Below are positions 19,473 through 29,675 of a stretch of DNA of 64,000 bases, one piece after another. The stretch comes from Candidatus Kaiserbacteria bacterium (GTDB taxonomy: Bacteria > Patescibacteriota > Minisyncoccia > Phycocordibacterales > UBA2100), in contig JACRFK010000003.1 of the NCBI GenBank assembly GCA_016217925.1, positions 78,925 through 142,924 on the forward strand, given 5' to 3'. Under the pieces are notes generated by a model. The model ran no database searches and was not told the origin of the DNA. It saw only the letters and a program-made list of their open reading frames with translations. The stretch's first letter is position 1. Every line of letters starts with the position of its first letter. Both the position numbers and the translations under genes were made by a program.

Positions 19473-20726
19473 CTAGCACATCGATGACAGGTATTGTTGC
19501 CACCGCGGCGCCCTGATGATGGGAAGTTGGATGGCGTCGGGCGCTCCGTGGACGATCTCCTCGGGGCGACCGGTCATCTTCATTCCGGCGATGCCACCCT
19601 GGGTTGCATAGACCGTCAGACGCAAGTAGTACGATCTGACGACCCGTTTGTTGCCGGCGAACACGACGACAGGAATTGGCTCTTGCGATACTTCCTGTTG
19701 TGCGACCCAAAGCGGGGTCCGTGCCCGCCCTTCCTCGGCGACCGTCTTCTGGAACGAAGGTTCGTTCGACTGCCGGACGATACCTTTGCTACCGGACGAA
19801 TGCGCGGATTTTAAGATGATCCGCTCACCCGTCCTCGGCCTCGAGAAGGTGCAGTCGGCGATGTTGCCGGTAAGAAGGGCCGTAGCAGGGATCGACCCGT
19901 TCACACGCTCTTGTGAAGCGAGGAACGGGAGGAACGCCTTTGACCCCAGGTACGCCTTGGGCGGGTACAGTGTCCTCACAGACCGGGCACGGTACTCCGC
20001 CAAAAGGTGCTCGCGGACCCCCGGATGGCGGTCCAGCGATTCCGGGATTGCCAGGAGGTGAAGCGGTCCGTCTCTGCACTTGAGCAGCGACGGATTATGT
20101 GCCGCCTCCTCTTCGCCCAGGAGCCTGACGGAGGTTCCCATCTTAGCAAGGAGCGAGGCGAGCGTTTCGTACGCTGCTCTGTAGCACCGCTCCTTCTCGG
20201 AAACGACGATAGTCCATTGCCGGTCGTTGCCGAGCGTCGCTGCGAGGTGCGATACCACGCAGTAGGCGGGCTCGTGTAGCCCGTACTTTGCAATCGCATC
20301 CACGAGCGCGATTACACCGAGCGGGCGGAGATTGTACGTGTCGACTTCGACGGCGTGCCAATTCCCCGCGGCATCCCGTACCATGTCGAGCTTGACGATG
20401 GGTGGGATGTCAGTCGCGCGGTCTTCCCCCGGCTGCAAGAGGCCGTGTGAGGCACTTCTTGCAAGTCGGAGAAGCTGCGACTGACGGTGGTCGATCCGCC
20501 GCAGACGCGGTAGGGCGGCGAGCGTAGTCTCGAGCTTCCCAACGGCCGCGTACAGCGCCGTCGATTGCTCGATCAGCTGCCGTTCTTCCCGCAGCACGTA
20601 GGCAGACGGGGTGAGGACGCAGGCGTGATGCTCGCGCCTCGCGGCAGTTCCCCAGTAGCCGATACTTGTCAGACAGTCTTCGACCTGCCTCGCGGTGAAG
20701 CCGAGGTCGAGCGTGTGCGAAGTCAT
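19473..20726 (-). CDS. Glutathionylspermidine-synthetase-like / circularly permuted ATP-grasp amide ligase
   Basis: RTLYPPKAYLGSKAFLPFLAS resembles the GSP-synth/YgiC motif (..SNKALLPLLW). The overall size of 417 aa fits. A family call at this level needs HHpred. Confidence 0.45.
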   Translation of the reverse strand: MTSHTLDLGFTARQVEDCLTSIGYWGTAARREHHACVLTPSAYVLREERQLIEQSTALYAAVGKLETTLAALPRLRRIDHRQSQLLRLARSASHGLLQPGEDRATDIPPIVKLDMVRDAAGNWHAVEVDTYNLRPLGVIALVDAIAKYGLHEPAYCVVSHLAATLGNDRQWTIVVSEKERCYRAAYETLASLLAKMGTSVRLLGEEEAAHNPSLLKCRDGPLHLLAIPESLDRHPGVREHLLAEYRARSVRTLYPPKAYLGSKAFLPFLASQERVNGSIPATALLTGNIADCTFSRPRTGERIILKSAHSSGSKGIVRQSNEPSFQKTVAEEGRARTPLWVAQQEVSQEPIPVVVFAGNKRVVRSYYLRLTVYATQGGIAGMKMTGRPEEIVHGAPDAIQLPIIRAPRWQQYLSSMC

Positions 20727-20830
20727 CGTGAGTTCCTTTCTCCGGGTGAGTTAAGCTGAAAAGATCTTGATGCCTCTCGGGCATCGCGCTACCTGTTTGC
20801 TGTGCAGGCAGTGCGGTGCTCGCGCGGTAT

Positions 20831-21283
20831 CTATTCAATAAGACCAAGCACCTCGTCCATCTCACCCACGGTTTTCCAGGGGTGGTCGGCTTCGATAGCG
20901 GGTTCGAGATCCGCGAATTTTCCGCGCTTGAGCCAGATAGTGCGCATTCCGCACTGGTTTCCGCAGCGGATTTCTTTGTGCAAGTGGTCGCCGACGACAT
21001 ACATCTGTTTGGGGTGTACGTCGGCCCGCCTCAAGATCTCGAAGAAGAGCGTCGGGTCTTTCCGCTCTACGAAGAACGATTCGGTAAAGAAGTCCTTGAC
21101 ACCCAACTCCTCAAGGAGCTGGGGCCGGCTTTCGTCGGCCTTTGAAACGAGATACAGGGGCACCGCACGGGCACGCAAAGTATCCAGTACCGCGCGAGCG
21201 CCCGACAGCATACCGCCCGTTTCCGGGTCGTAAATGGTCCTATTAAAATCGAATATCACGGCGATATCGCCTTTAGAGTTCAT
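20831..21283 (-). CDS. HAD-superfamily phosphatase (small, 150 aa)
   Basis: Motif I VIFDFNRTIYD, motif III K (VSKAD), motif IV VVGDHLHKEI. Confidence 0.7.
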   Translation of the reverse strand: MNSKGDIAVIFDFNRTIYDPETGGMLSGARAVLDTLRARAVPLYLVSKADESRPQLLEELGVKDFFTESFFVERKDPTLFFEILRRADVHPKQMYVVGDHLHKEIRCGNQCGMRTIWLKRGKFADLEPAIEADHPWKTVGEMDEVLGLIE

Positions 21284-21397
21284 ATATCTCTTACTCGGGT
21301 CTACATCAACCCCATCACTTCCGAAGACTAGCTGTTAAGTGATGATGGTAGCGGTTTTCTTCATAAATGCAAGCCGCTCTCCTGCGACTCCTGTGGA

Positions 21398-23032
21398 TTA
21401 CGAAGCCGACGCGGGCAACTCGACGATGAACCGCGAGCCCTTGCCGGCACCTTCCGATTCGGCCCAGATCTTGCCGCCGTGTGCTTCTACCACTTGCTTG
21501 GCTATGAAGAGGCCGTAGCCTGTGGAGTGGACGTTTATCTTGATGGAATCTTTGCCGTGGCCACCCTCCGTAAAGAGGTTTTTCATGTCTTCGGGCGTGA
21601 TGCCGACGCCGCTGTCTTTGACCGAGAAGTGGATTTTCCCGTTGCCGTCGGAAAGCTCCACTCGTATTGTGCCTTTGGGCGTGTATTTGATGGCATTGTC
21701 CACAAGATTGCGTATCACATGCTGACGGAGTTTCGTTTCGTCGCCGTTGAGCCTATAGTTCTCGTTGTTTGCTATGGCAATGTCTATACCGATGTGCTTC
21801 TCGTCAGCCGCTGGTTTGAGATGTTCTGTAACATCCAGTATTGCTTTTTTGAGATCGAATGGTTGCATTGTATAAGCGGTTGTTCCCTTCTTTAGATTTG
21901 AAGAATCCAATATTTCCATAACGGTCCGAACTCCCTTACGGACGTCCGCTAGCGCAGCCTTCGACATAGTCTGCAATTTCTCCGGTATTGCGCCGTAATC
22001 CCCTTCCGAGATAGCCGCAAATCCCGCCTCGCTCTTGGTGAGGTAGCCCTTAATCTCGTGACTGATGAAATGCAAAAGATTTTCCTGCTGCTTATTCACC
22101 ACCTCAAGCTCCTGCTCCTGCTTTTGTATCAACTCCCTCTGCGCGACTTCCCTCTTCACGCTCCGGACAAGGAAGATGCCGCTGATCAAAAAGGCGAACA
22201 ACGTAACTCCGGACAAAATAGTCCCGATTGTTGTCGTGCTATAGAACATCCGCGCCCCAATGAGCACGGCAATTCCGATTACAAGCGCCTGCGTGGCGAT
22301 AAGTTTTATGTTGAACGCCTTGAACTTAACGACAGTGTAAGTAAGAAGGGCGATAAAGACCGGCATACCGAATAATCCGGCCTGCGCTACGTTCCAGTTC
22401 TCGGTCCAACTCCCGATAATGTTTCCGGAGGAAAAGGCTAGCAGGAAGATAAGAATGCCGGTCGTAAAAAGGGCGATCTCCATTTTCCGCCGGGGTTCCC
22501 TGACAATACCCTCATAACTCACGATGAGGATGAGCAGGCTCAGGAATATTTCAATCCCATAGGTAAAGACGAAATTAAGCAGTGAATTCTCGGAAATGAC
22601 ACACGTCGAAAGATCTACACCCGTAAACAAATAATTGGTCGGCAGCAATACAATAATCGGGGCGAGCAAAATAACAAGCCCGACCTTGGGTAGGAATTGC
22701 AGGTCCTTCTGGAAAATAAATGTGTACGCAAAATAAAAAGCAGACATATACACAAACATCTCGGCCAAAACTTGCAAACTCCAGAGGAATAAGTCCACGT
22801 CGGGCAGGTTCAGTGCCCAGAGAGGAATGTCGATGATTGTCCACAGACTGAAAAAAAAGATCGTGGAAAGGAATAACTTGACCGGCAAAGAGCCTCTTAC
22901 TTGCGGCAGCAGAATAGAACCGAAGACAACCGCCGCTAGGATAGCGATTAGGTGCGAATAGTACAGAAGGGGCGGTACATTGCTTGAGAAAACGAAATAC
23001 TGTGCTGCTTCCCAGGGGCAAAGTGATTCCAT
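21398..23032 (-). CDS. Multi-TM sensor histidine kinase (orphan; no response regulator adjacent)
   Basis: Roughly 8 N-terminal TM helices, H-box FISHEIKGYL, N/G1/G2 boxes NLVDNAIKYT...DSGVGI...GYGLFIAK. Confidence 0.8.
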   Translation of the reverse strand: MESLCPWEAAQYFVFSSNVPPLLYYSHLIAILAAVVFGSILLPQVRGSLPVKLFLSTIFFFSLWTIIDIPLWALNLPDVDLFLWSLQVLAEMFVYMSAFYFAYTFIFQKDLQFLPKVGLVILLAPIIVLLPTNYLFTGVDLSTCVISENSLLNFVFTYGIEIFLSLLILIVSYEGIVREPRRKMEIALFTTGILIFLLAFSSGNIIGSWTENWNVAQAGLFGMPVFIALLTYTVVKFKAFNIKLIATQALVIGIAVLIGARMFYSTTTIGTILSGVTLFAFLISGIFLVRSVKREVAQRELIQKQEQELEVVNKQQENLLHFISHEIKGYLTKSEAGFAAISEGDYGAIPEKLQTMSKAALADVRKGVRTVMEILDSSNLKKGTTAYTMQPFDLKKAILDVTEHLKPAADEKHIGIDIAIANNENYRLNGDETKLRQHVIRNLVDNAIKYTPKGTIRVELSDGNGKIHFSVKDSGVGITPEDMKNLFTEGGHGKDSIKINVHSTGYGLFIAKQVVEAHGGKIWAESEGAGKGSRFIVELPASAS

Positions 23033-23154
23033 ATATCGGGGAATTATACCACTTTGTTCCGCCCCAAGGAGATGCTAATCTTTGCTTATGCGTTGTTACG
23101 CATTTCGCGGGGGTCCCGATGCTATCAGCGGTTCGTTAGACATGCAGATGCTAT

Positions 23155-24255
23155 ATGGAAAAGAGTAAACTAAACAAGCTTTCGCCCGGCTTGAGGAGGC
23201 TCATTGTACCGGACGATACCGCGGCAGCGGGTACCCTGAGTGCGGGTGTAAAGGATAGTCCAATGCCGGTGAGCAAATTTGCGGAGAGGACATTGCTTCA
23301 CTGCAACGGCGGCTCGACTATGCGTGCAGCAGTGTGGCTGAAGAATCATTTGGAGAATGGCGGCAAATTAGTAGTGACGCTTGCGGGTGCCCTAAGCTCA
23401 TTTCAAATCGGCGTGATGTTGGCTGAACTCATAAGAAAGGACAAGGTACATTTGATATCCGCCACTGCCGCCAACCATGAAGAGTCATACTACCGCTATG
23501 TCGCGCACTCACACTACGCAAACATTCCCCGCTATACGGAGCTGACCCCTGAACAAGAGGCTGAGTTGCGTGACGCCGGCCTGCGTAGGATTACGGACAC
23601 GTTTCTACCCGAAGATGAAAGTGTGCGTATCATGGAACCGCATTTGCTCAAGATGTGGAAAGACGCGCAGGACAAAAAGGAAGCATACTTCCCGCATGAA
23701 TACTTCCGAAGATTGTTCGCGGACAAATTAATCGGCCCGGACCCTAAAGCCAACCCGGACGACTGTTGGACGTATGCTGCATTTGAAAAAAATATACCGA
23801 TTGTGACCCCGGGGTTTGAGGATTCTACGATGGGCAACATTTTTGCGGGTTACACCTATGCCGGGCCACATAAGAAAGAGGGAGATGTCTGCCTGGACGG
23901 TGACGTCATGAAAAGCGGGTTGGAATACTTTCATCTCATGTACGACTGGTACATGAAAGAGAGCAAGGACTCTCCCATCGCCTTTCTACAGCTGGGCGGG
24001 GGTATTGCGGCGGATTTTCCCATCTGCGTCGTCCCGTCGCTAAGACACGATTTGAAACCTGGTGGCAAAATTCGGGATTGGGCGGGTTTTATTGAAATCG
24101 GCTCCTCGCCGATGTCGTATGGGTCCTACTCCGGCGCGGGTGGAAAAGAAAAAATCACGTGGGATAAACTTTCCACTGAAAGTTACTACCAAGTTATCCA
24201 GAGCGATGTGACCGTAGCGTTCCCTTGGATAGCGGCCGTCCTCTTGGGCCTATAG
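23155..24255 (+). CDS. Deoxyhypusine synthase-like NAD-dependent aminobutyl transferase
   Basis: Matches the DHS family along its length, including the C-terminal SDVTVAFPWIAAVLLG (comparable to DHS ..DATLVFPLLVA) and the central GGG..ADFP region. Confidence 0.75.
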   Translation: MEKSKLNKLSPGLRRLIVPDDTAAAGTLSAGVKDSPMPVSKFAERTLLHCNGGSTMRAAVWLKNHLENGGKLVVTLAGALSSFQIGVMLAELIRKDKVHLISATAANHEESYYRYVAHSHYANIPRYTELTPEQEAELRDAGLRRITDTFLPEDESVRIMEPHLLKMWKDAQDKKEAYFPHEYFRRLFADKLIGPDPKANPDDCWTYAAFEKNIPIVTPGFEDSTMGNIFAGYTYAGPHKKEGDVCLDGDVMKSGLEYFHLMYDWYMKESKDSPIAFLQLGGGIAADFPICVVPSLRHDLKPGGKIRDWAGFIEIGSSPMSYGSYSGAGGKEKITWDKLSTESYYQVIQSDVTVAFPWIAAVLLGL

Positions 24256-24267
24256 CCGGGAGGGTCC

Positions 24268-24400
24268 TCAAATTTCCTGGGCTTCAGAATCGAATGCGTC
24301 GAAGTCATTGCGCACGATTGCGCGGTCGTACGTAAGGTATATGGAAACGGCGACCGCAATAAAAAGCAGAGCAAGTAAGATTTTTGAACGCTTATCCATA
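24268..24400 (-). CDS. Possible small membrane protein (about 43 aa, MDKRSKILLALLFIAVAVSIYLTY...)
   Basis: Unlisted short ORF with one TM helix, between convergent genes. Weak support. Confidence 0.25.
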
Positions 24401-24453
24401 GGTTGTTACATGTAGTCTATTGATATCGGACCGTTAGTACCGTACATGGTACC

Positions 24454-25371
24454 TCATGAAATGAACAAGAGGTAGGTCCCAATTGCGGTAATGCAGATAG
24501 CAATAATCTTTTGCCATATGTGCTTAACATGTATCTTCTCTGCCGATATTTTCGGGAAGAACAGTGTCAGGAATATACCTAAAGCAAGGACGAAGACCGG
24601 CTGAAAAGAATTGGTAAGAAGTATGAGAGCAATGGGCGAAAGTAAGAATGCGAAGGAAAGTATTACATTCCCCAGTATGTACAGGGACTCGTTTGCGACA
24701 TTGAGCGACAGGATGGCCCCGGAATTACTCCGTAACGCCGTAAGAAAGTGAGTGCGGTAGGAGCGAATAAATAGAAAAATGCAAATGCCTATTAGCGTGA
24801 GCATGAGATGCTCCCAGAACAACGATCGCCACACATTCTCTTCAAGTGCGACCCCCTTGAAGACGGCAGAGCCAAGCGCCCAAAAGAAGGTAGCAGCGAG
24901 CATGTACGCAACAGTTGCCCTACGAAGCTTAAAATTATTTTCTGCATCTATCTCGAAGGAAATGGCCGTCGTTCCAAGAATGATGACCGCCATGGCGATC
25001 AGCTGCATCCGTGTCAGCACTTCACCGAGGAGAAAAAAGCCAAGCACGAGTCCGAATACAGGTGCGAGTTGGAAAAATATGACGACAACTGACGCCTCCT
25101 CGTCTCTTAGAGCAAGCAGATAGAACCACAGCACCAATATGTGTAGTGTACCTACCCCCGCGAGAACGAGGATGCTTGTAGCGTCCATGCGTAACGCTGA
25201 CGGATCCGCAAGATAGAGAAACGGCAGTACGAATACGGAAAGCAGCGAAGAGAAGAGAATGATCACGCCGACACCTCGTCCCCTAAAGTATTTCTCCAAC
25301 AGGATTTTGTCGATATGGTTTGAGAGCGCATACAAGAACGTACCGGTAAGCGCTATAAAGAACCAGCTCAT
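24454..25371 (-). CDS. EamA/DMT family transporter
   Basis: 10 TM helices in two EamA-like halves. Confidence 0.75.
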   Translation of the reverse strand: MSWFFIALTGTFLYALSNHIDKILLEKYFRGRGVGVIILFSSLLSVFVLPFLYLADPSALRMDATSILVLAGVGTLHILVLWFYLLALRDEEASVVVIFFQLAPVFGLVLGFFLLGEVLTRMQLIAMAVIILGTTAISFEIDAENNFKLRRATVAYMLAATFFWALGSAVFKGVALEENVWRSLFWEHLMLTLIGICIFLFIRSYRTHFLTALRSNSGAILSLNVANESLYILGNVILSFAFLLSPIALILLTNSFQPVFVLALGIFLTLFFPKISAEKIHVKHIWQKIIAICITAIGTYLLFIS

Positions 25372-25461
25372 ATGTATACGTGAGACTTTATGCTTGTTTG
25401 AATTGATTGGACTATCGCGTACCGACCGCCTGAAATGAGGTAAATTACAGAACGACGCTCG

Positions 25462-25854
25462 CTAATTAATATTGTGGTCAGGATATTTCAATCCGCGTTC
25501 AACAAGGCTCATTTCGACTTCTTCCAACTTGAATTTACGCTTGAGAAAGTCGCTAAAGAAGTTCGCGTCGATCCCATTCTTGCATGTGTAAATGTCCGCC
25601 GTTAGGAATTTACGGCGTGGGAAAGTGTGAATGCTGATGTGACTCTCTGCGATGACAACGAATCCACTCCAGCCACCCGGATCCTTCATATGATTGTCCG
25701 GTGCGCGATATACCTGAGGCTTTCCTAGCTGGTACATTTTCATGAGCTCACACAGCTCATCGAGACAGCCACGCACGATTTTTTTGTCGTCCAAAAGCGT
25801 GGGGCTTCCGCCATATCCGTCAACCATCACGTGTTCCCCGAAATGCATTGCCAT
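25462..25854 (-). CDS. speH: S-adenosylmethionine decarboxylase proenzyme (class 1a, SpeH-type)
   Basis: HVMVDGYGG ... GFVVIAESHISIHTFP (autoprocessing ES site) ... DIYTCK. Confidence 0.8.
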   Translation of the reverse strand: MAMHFGEHVMVDGYGGSPTLLDDKKIVRGCLDELCELMKMYQLGKPQVYRAPDNHMKDPGGWSGFVVIAESHISIHTFPRRKFLTADIYTCKNGIDANFFSDFLKRKFKLEEVEMSLVERGLKYPDHNIN

Positions 25855-25875
25855 AATTCTCGAATTATATCACTT

Positions 25876-26367
25876 TTAGCTGCGGACGGCGGCGAGGGTT
25901 ATATATGCGCCTGCAAGCCACCAGAAGCGGTAGGCTTCGCCGAATACGGCCTGTACCTGATCACCGAAATGCCAGAGGGACGTGAGGCCGGGGACTTGGA
26001 GCCATAGCACGATGAGGATCGCCGTCGTAGCCACGCCGGCGAGAAGCGATTGCACGGGCTGTCCCGACGAATCGCTGTAGAAGCCGAGAATGCGATAGGT
26101 CAAAATGTAAGCGAGAACAACAAGCGCCAACAAAATAATTGCCTGGACCATTTGGGTCTGCGCCTTCTCGAGAATGCTACCCAGGAACGCCGCAGATGGC
26201 AGCGCGCTCAAAATAAGGAAGGCCAGCGGTAGCGCAAGAGCGAGCGATACCGCGCGATTTGTCCCGGCACGCAAGCATTCCGCAGCGATGACGACGGCAA
26301 TGAACCCGAGGATTATCCAGTTTGTCGGCCAGTTGGCAAACACGGAAGAAATCGAGGCGACGTTCAT
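25876..26367 (-). CDS. Hypothetical 4-TM membrane protein
   Basis: Hydrophobic 163-aa ORF. Confidence 0.4.
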   Translation of the reverse strand: MNVASISSVFANWPTNWIILGFIAVVIAAECLRAGTNRAVSLALALPLAFLILSALPSAAFLGSILEKAQTQMVQAIILLALVVLAYILTYRILGFYSDSSGQPVQSLLAGVATTAILIVLWLQVPGLTSLWHFGDQVQAVFGEAYRFWWLAGAYITLAAVRS

Positions 26368-26412
26368 CAGCGCATTATACCCTTTTGAGGCAGGTTCTTC
26401 AGGGCGGGCTGT

Positions 26413-27516
26413 TTACAATCCTTCTTGTCTCAACTTCTCGATGAGTTCGCGCGCATGCCTCGAAAGCTTTTTTGGGAATTCGATATCCACACGTACCAAT
26501 AAATCGCCGCGGGCGCGACCGTGCGGTACGCCTTTGCCGCGTACCCGAATGACTTCGCCGTGAGCGATGCCCGGCTCTACGGTAAACATTTCGTCGCCGT
26601 CGAGCGTCTGTACACGGTACTCACCTCCGAGAAGTGCGTCGGAAAGTTTAATCGGGAGCGAAGTGACGAGGTTATTCCCCTCGCGTGAGAATTTTGCGTC
26701 GGATTTCACGTGCAATTTCACGTACAGGTCGCCCGGCGTAGCGCCCGGAGCAGCCTCACCTCGTCCCGGCATACGTATCATCTCTCCGTCCTCCACGCCG
26801 GAAGGCACAACGATGTGTATCTCTTCCTCGCGTTTGCGCACGCTTTCGCCACGGCACGCCTCACAGACCGTTTCGGGTATCTGACCTTTTCCGTGGCAGC
26901 GCGAGCACGGACGCGCCGACGTAAACGTCCCGAAAAATGAATTGCGTGACTCGCGAATCTCGCCTTTGCCGTTGCAGTTGGAACACGTGATGAGCTTCGA
27001 GCCTTTTTTTGCGCCGGAGCCGGCACAGGTGTCACATTGGCTCGTCTTGGTGAGCAGCACGCGGCGCTCGGCCCCGAATATTGATTCGCGGAAGGCAAGC
27101 TCTATATCTATTGAAATGTCGCGTCCCCGCCTCGTACGGGCCTGTCCGCCGCCGAATACGTCGCCAAAAATATCGCCCAAATCGAACTCAAATTGCTGCC
27201 CTCCGAAGGAGGGTCCGCCTCCGGCGGAAAAATTGGAGAAATCGAAGCCGCCGAATCCGCCTTGTCCTCCGAAGGAGGATCCACCTCCGGCGGACGGCCC
27301 CCCGCCTCCGGCGAAGGTCTTGCCGTAGGTATCGTATTCAGCGCGCTTCTTTTTATCGGAGAGTACCGAGTACGCCTCGCTCACCTCTTTGAATTTTTTC
27401 TCGTCGCCGCCTTTTTTATCGGGATGCAATTTGTGCGCCAGCTTTCTGAAAGCGGATTTGATTTCTTCTTCCGTCGCCGTCTTCGCGACGCCTAAAATAT
27501 CATAATAGTTTTTCAT
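26413..27516 (-). CDS. dnaJ: Chaperone DnaJ
   Basis: J-domain with HPD (KLHPDKK), a G/F-rich region, and four CxxCxGxG zinc-finger repeats. Confidence 0.9.
   Translation of the reverse strand: MKNYYDILGVAKTATEEEIKSAFRKLAHKLHPDKKGGDEKKFKEVSEAYSVLSDKKKRAEYDTYGKTFAGGGGPSAGGGSSFGGQGGFGGFDFSNFSAGGGPSFGGQQFEFDLGDIFGDVFGGGQARTRRGRDISIDIELAFRESIFGAERRVLLTKTSQCDTCAGSGAKKGSKLITCSNCNGKGEIRESRNSFFGTFTSARPCSRCHGKGQIPETVCEACRGESVRKREEEIHIVVPSGVEDGEMIRMPGRGEAAPGATPGDLYVKLHVKSDAKFSREGNNLVTSLPIKLSDALLGGEYRVQTLDGDEMFTVEPGIAHGEVIRVRGKGVPHGRARGDLLVRVDIEFPKKLSRHARELIEKLRQEGL
27199..27228. repeat. Diverged copy of the 30-bp GGS-encoding double-hairpin element (in the dnaJ G/F region)
   Basis: ccctccgaaggagggtccgcctccggcgga encodes [10 protein letters not shown] on the minus strand. 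Confidence 0.4.
27265..27294. repeat. Diverged copy of the 30-bp element (in the dnaJ G/F region)
   Basis: tcctccgaaggaggatccacctccggcgga encodes [10 protein letters not shown]. Confidence 0.45.
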
Positions 27517-27644
27517 CCCGCTCCTTCTACACTAGTAAAACCATATTTGCAAAATGAATTTGAAAGGGCGGGATTCATATCGGAGAAGTATTGTACTAAG
27601 GATACGTTCCCAAAGCAAAAGCCCCGCCGAGGCGGGGCTGCTTG

Positions 27645-29543
27645 TCATTCCTTTTTCGGTTCCTCAGGCGGTTTCTGTTCGTCTTTCGGCGGTTCTTGTC
27701 CTCCGGAGGAGGATCCGCCTTCGGCGGACGGGGGGGTTTGCTGATTTTTGCTCATCGCTTCGCCTATCGCACTCATGGCGGTGGAAAGTGCTTCGGCAGC
27801 GGATTTGATTGCCGCTGCGTCAGTACCGGCTCGAGCCGCCTTGGCGGCTTCGATCTTTTCCTGGACGTTCTTCTTGATATCCTCGCTCACCTTATCTCCG
27901 TGCTCGCGGAGTGCTTTTTCGGCTGCGTAGACGATTTGGTCGGCTGCGTTTTGGGCCTCAACCACATCCTTTTTCTGTTTGTCCGCCTCGGCGTTCACCT
28001 CGGCATCTTTACGCATCTTTTCAATATCGGCCTCCGAGAGGCCGGAGCTACCTTCAATGCGAATGGACTGCTCCTTGTTCGTGGACTTGTCTTTGGCCTT
28101 TACGGTAAGTATGCCATTTGCATCAATGTCGAATGAGACCTCCACTTGGGGCATACCGCGCGGCGCCGGCGGGATACCGTCGAGGTTGAAGCGCCCAAGC
28201 GACTTATTGTCGCCCGCCATCGGGCGTTCGCCCTGCACGACGTGAATTTCAACGGACGGTTGATTGTCGCTCGCCGTGGAAAACGTCTGCGAGCGCGAGG
28301 TCGGAATGGTCGTATTGCGTTCGATGAGCTTGGTCGCCACACCACCCATCGTCTCGATGCCGAGCGAAAGCGGAATGACATCAAGGAGGAGCACGTCTTT
28401 GACATCACCCTGCAAAATGCCGCCTTGGATAGCTGCACCGATGGCCACGACTTCGTCGGGATTCACACTCAAGTTCGGTTTTTTGCCGAAGAATTCCTCT
28501 ACAGCCTTCTGCATAGCCGGCATGCGCGTCTGGCCCCCAACGAGAACGACTTCGTTGATATCTCCGACCTTGAAAGGCGATGCTTCGACGGCGCGCTTGG
28601 TGATGGTCATGGCACGGTCTAAAAATTCACGCGTAAGCTCTTCGAGCTTCCCCCTCGTCATCTTGATGAGCAAGTGCTGCGGGCCGGCGTCGGTCGAGGT
28701 GATGAACGGGATGTTTATCTCCGTCTCAAGTGCGGTGGAGAGCTCAATCTTTGCCTTTTCCGCAGCTTCGTCGAGCCGTTGGCGAGCGAGCGGGTCCTTA
28801 CTCACATCAATGCCAGATTCCTTTTTGAACTCATCGGAAATCCAAGTCATTATCTTTTGGTCGATATCCCGCCCGCCCAGGTGTGCGTCACCGTCTGTAG
28901 AGCGCACTTCGATAACGTCGTCACCGACTTCAAGTACCGAGATGTCGAACGTACCGCCGCCGAAATCGAAGACCGCTATTTTTTCGTTCTTCTTTTTGTT
29001 GAATCCGTATGCGAGAGCTGCCGCCGTCGGCTCGTTGATGATGCGCTTCACATCAAGGCCTGCGATTTTGCCTGCGTCCTTCGTCGCCTGACGTTGAGAG
29101 TCGTTGAAGTACGCGGGTACGGTGATGACGGCCTCCGTGATGGTCTCTCCCAGTCGCGCCTCGGCGTCTTGCTTTAGCTTCTGCAGTATCATCGCGGATA
29201 TCTCCTCGGGGCGGTACCATTTATCCGCCATTTTTACTTCAATACCGCCGTTTGCGGACTTTTGCGTTTCAAATGAGACGGCGGCGCGATCCTTTGCGAC
29301 CGCGGGTTCGTCGAACGTGTGGCCGATAAAGCGTTTTATCTGGTATACCGTGTTCTTTGGGTTCGTTACTCCCTGTCGTTTGGCAAGGAGGCCGACAAGT
29401 CGCTCTGACGTTTTACCGACAGCAACGACCGACGGAGTCGTGCGGGCGCCCTCTGCGTTCTCGATTATCTGCGGCTCACCGCCTTTCACCACAGCAATGG
29501 CGGAGTTGGTCGTGCCGAGGTCTATACCTAATATCTTGCTCAT
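27645..29543 (-). CDS. dnaK: Chaperone DnaK (Hsp70)
   Basis: [19 protein letters not shown]...DLGGGTFD... Start set at MSKIL. The C-terminal tail carries the [10 protein letters not shown] insert. Confidence 0.9.
   Translation of the reverse strand: MSKILGIDLGTTNSAIAVVKGGEPQIIENAEGARTTPSVVAVGKTSERLVGLLAKRQGVTNPKNTVYQIKRFIGHTFDEPAVAKDRAAVSFETQKSANGGIEVKMADKWYRPEEISAMILQKLKQDAEARLGETITEAVITVPAYFNDSQRQATKDAGKIAGLDVKRIINEPTAAALAYGFNKKKNEKIAVFDFGGGTFDISVLEVGDDVIEVRSTDGDAHLGGRDIDQKIMTWISDEFKKESGIDVSKDPLARQRLDEAAEKAKIELSTALETEINIPFITSTDAGPQHLLIKMTRGKLEELTREFLDRAMTITKRAVEASPFKVGDINEVVLVGGQTRMPAMQKAVEEFFGKKPNLSVNPDEVVAIGAAIQGGILQGDVKDVLLLDVIPLSLGIETMGGVATKLIERNTTIPTSRSQTFSTASDNQPSVEIHVVQGERPMAGDNKSLGRFNLDGIPPAPRGMPQVEVSFDIDANGILTVKAKDKSTNKEQSIRIEGSSGLSEADIEKMRKDAEVNAEADKQKKDVVEAQNAADQIVYAAEKALREHGDKVSEDIKKNVQEKIEAAKAARAGTDAAAIKSAAEALSTAMSAIGEAMSKNQQTPPSAEGGSSSGGQEPPKDEQKPPEEPKKE
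27699..27728. repeat. 30-bp GGATCC-centred double-hairpin element, in-frame in the dnaK 3' end
   Basis: tcctccggaggaggatccgccttcggcgga. The same 30-mer occurs again at 31179. Confidence 0.8.
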
Positions 29544-29556
29544 ATAGTTGCTAGGT

Positions 29557-29585
29557 GTTATATGCTTTGCTAAGCACTTTGTCAA
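29557..29585 (-). promoter_or_regulatory. Candidate sigma70-type promoter for dnaK
   Basis: On the minus strand: TTGACA, a 17-nt spacer, then TATAAC. This sits about 14 nt upstream of the dnaK ATG, so the leader is very short and the call is speculative. Confidence 0.3.
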
Positions 29586-29592
29586 CCCGGCG

Positions 29593-29675
29593 TTAAATTT
29601 TCAATTTGCAATTTACAATTTTGCAAATTTATACATTGTAAATTGATTGGAAATTAAAAATTGAGAATTGAAAAT
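29593..29675. repeat. AT-rich repetitive spacer between grpE and dnaK (paralogous to 34058-34151)
   Basis: Built from repeated TGTAAATTG / AAAATTCAT units, which is striking in a 57 % GC genome. Confidence 0.6.

Noticed and set aside
27199-27294. Treating the two dnaJ G/F-region matches as bona fide element insertions.
   Set aside because: DnaJ natively has a Gly/Phe-rich linker in this position, so the nucleotide similarity could reflect the ancestral source of the element or codon-level convergence. I kept these as low-confidence related copies only.
26942-27328. Antisense and off-frame ORFs translating to Pro-rich peptides ([29 protein letters not shown]). These appear at 26942-27328, 27547-27744, 30847-31278, 39109-39363 and 39733-40032.
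   Set aside because: They are off-frame or antisense readings of the 30-bp GGS element inside dnaJ, dnaK, rplQ and alaS. The sense-strand genes have unambiguous homology.
28264-29091. Long antisense ORFs inside dnaK (28264-29091), ftsW (8026-8682), the carboxypeptidase (10689-11369) and the 34683-36155 gene (35087-35680).
   Set aside because: Their composition is typical of reverse-strand shadow frames in high-GC coding sequence. The overlapped genes are strongly supported.
29544-29600. I searched for a CIRCE/HrcA operator upstream of dnaK.
   Set aside because: Only a TGCTAAGCA near-palindrome sits between the putative -35 and -10 elements. There is no TTAGCACTC-N9-GAGTGCTAA inverted repeat, and no hrcA gene in the window.
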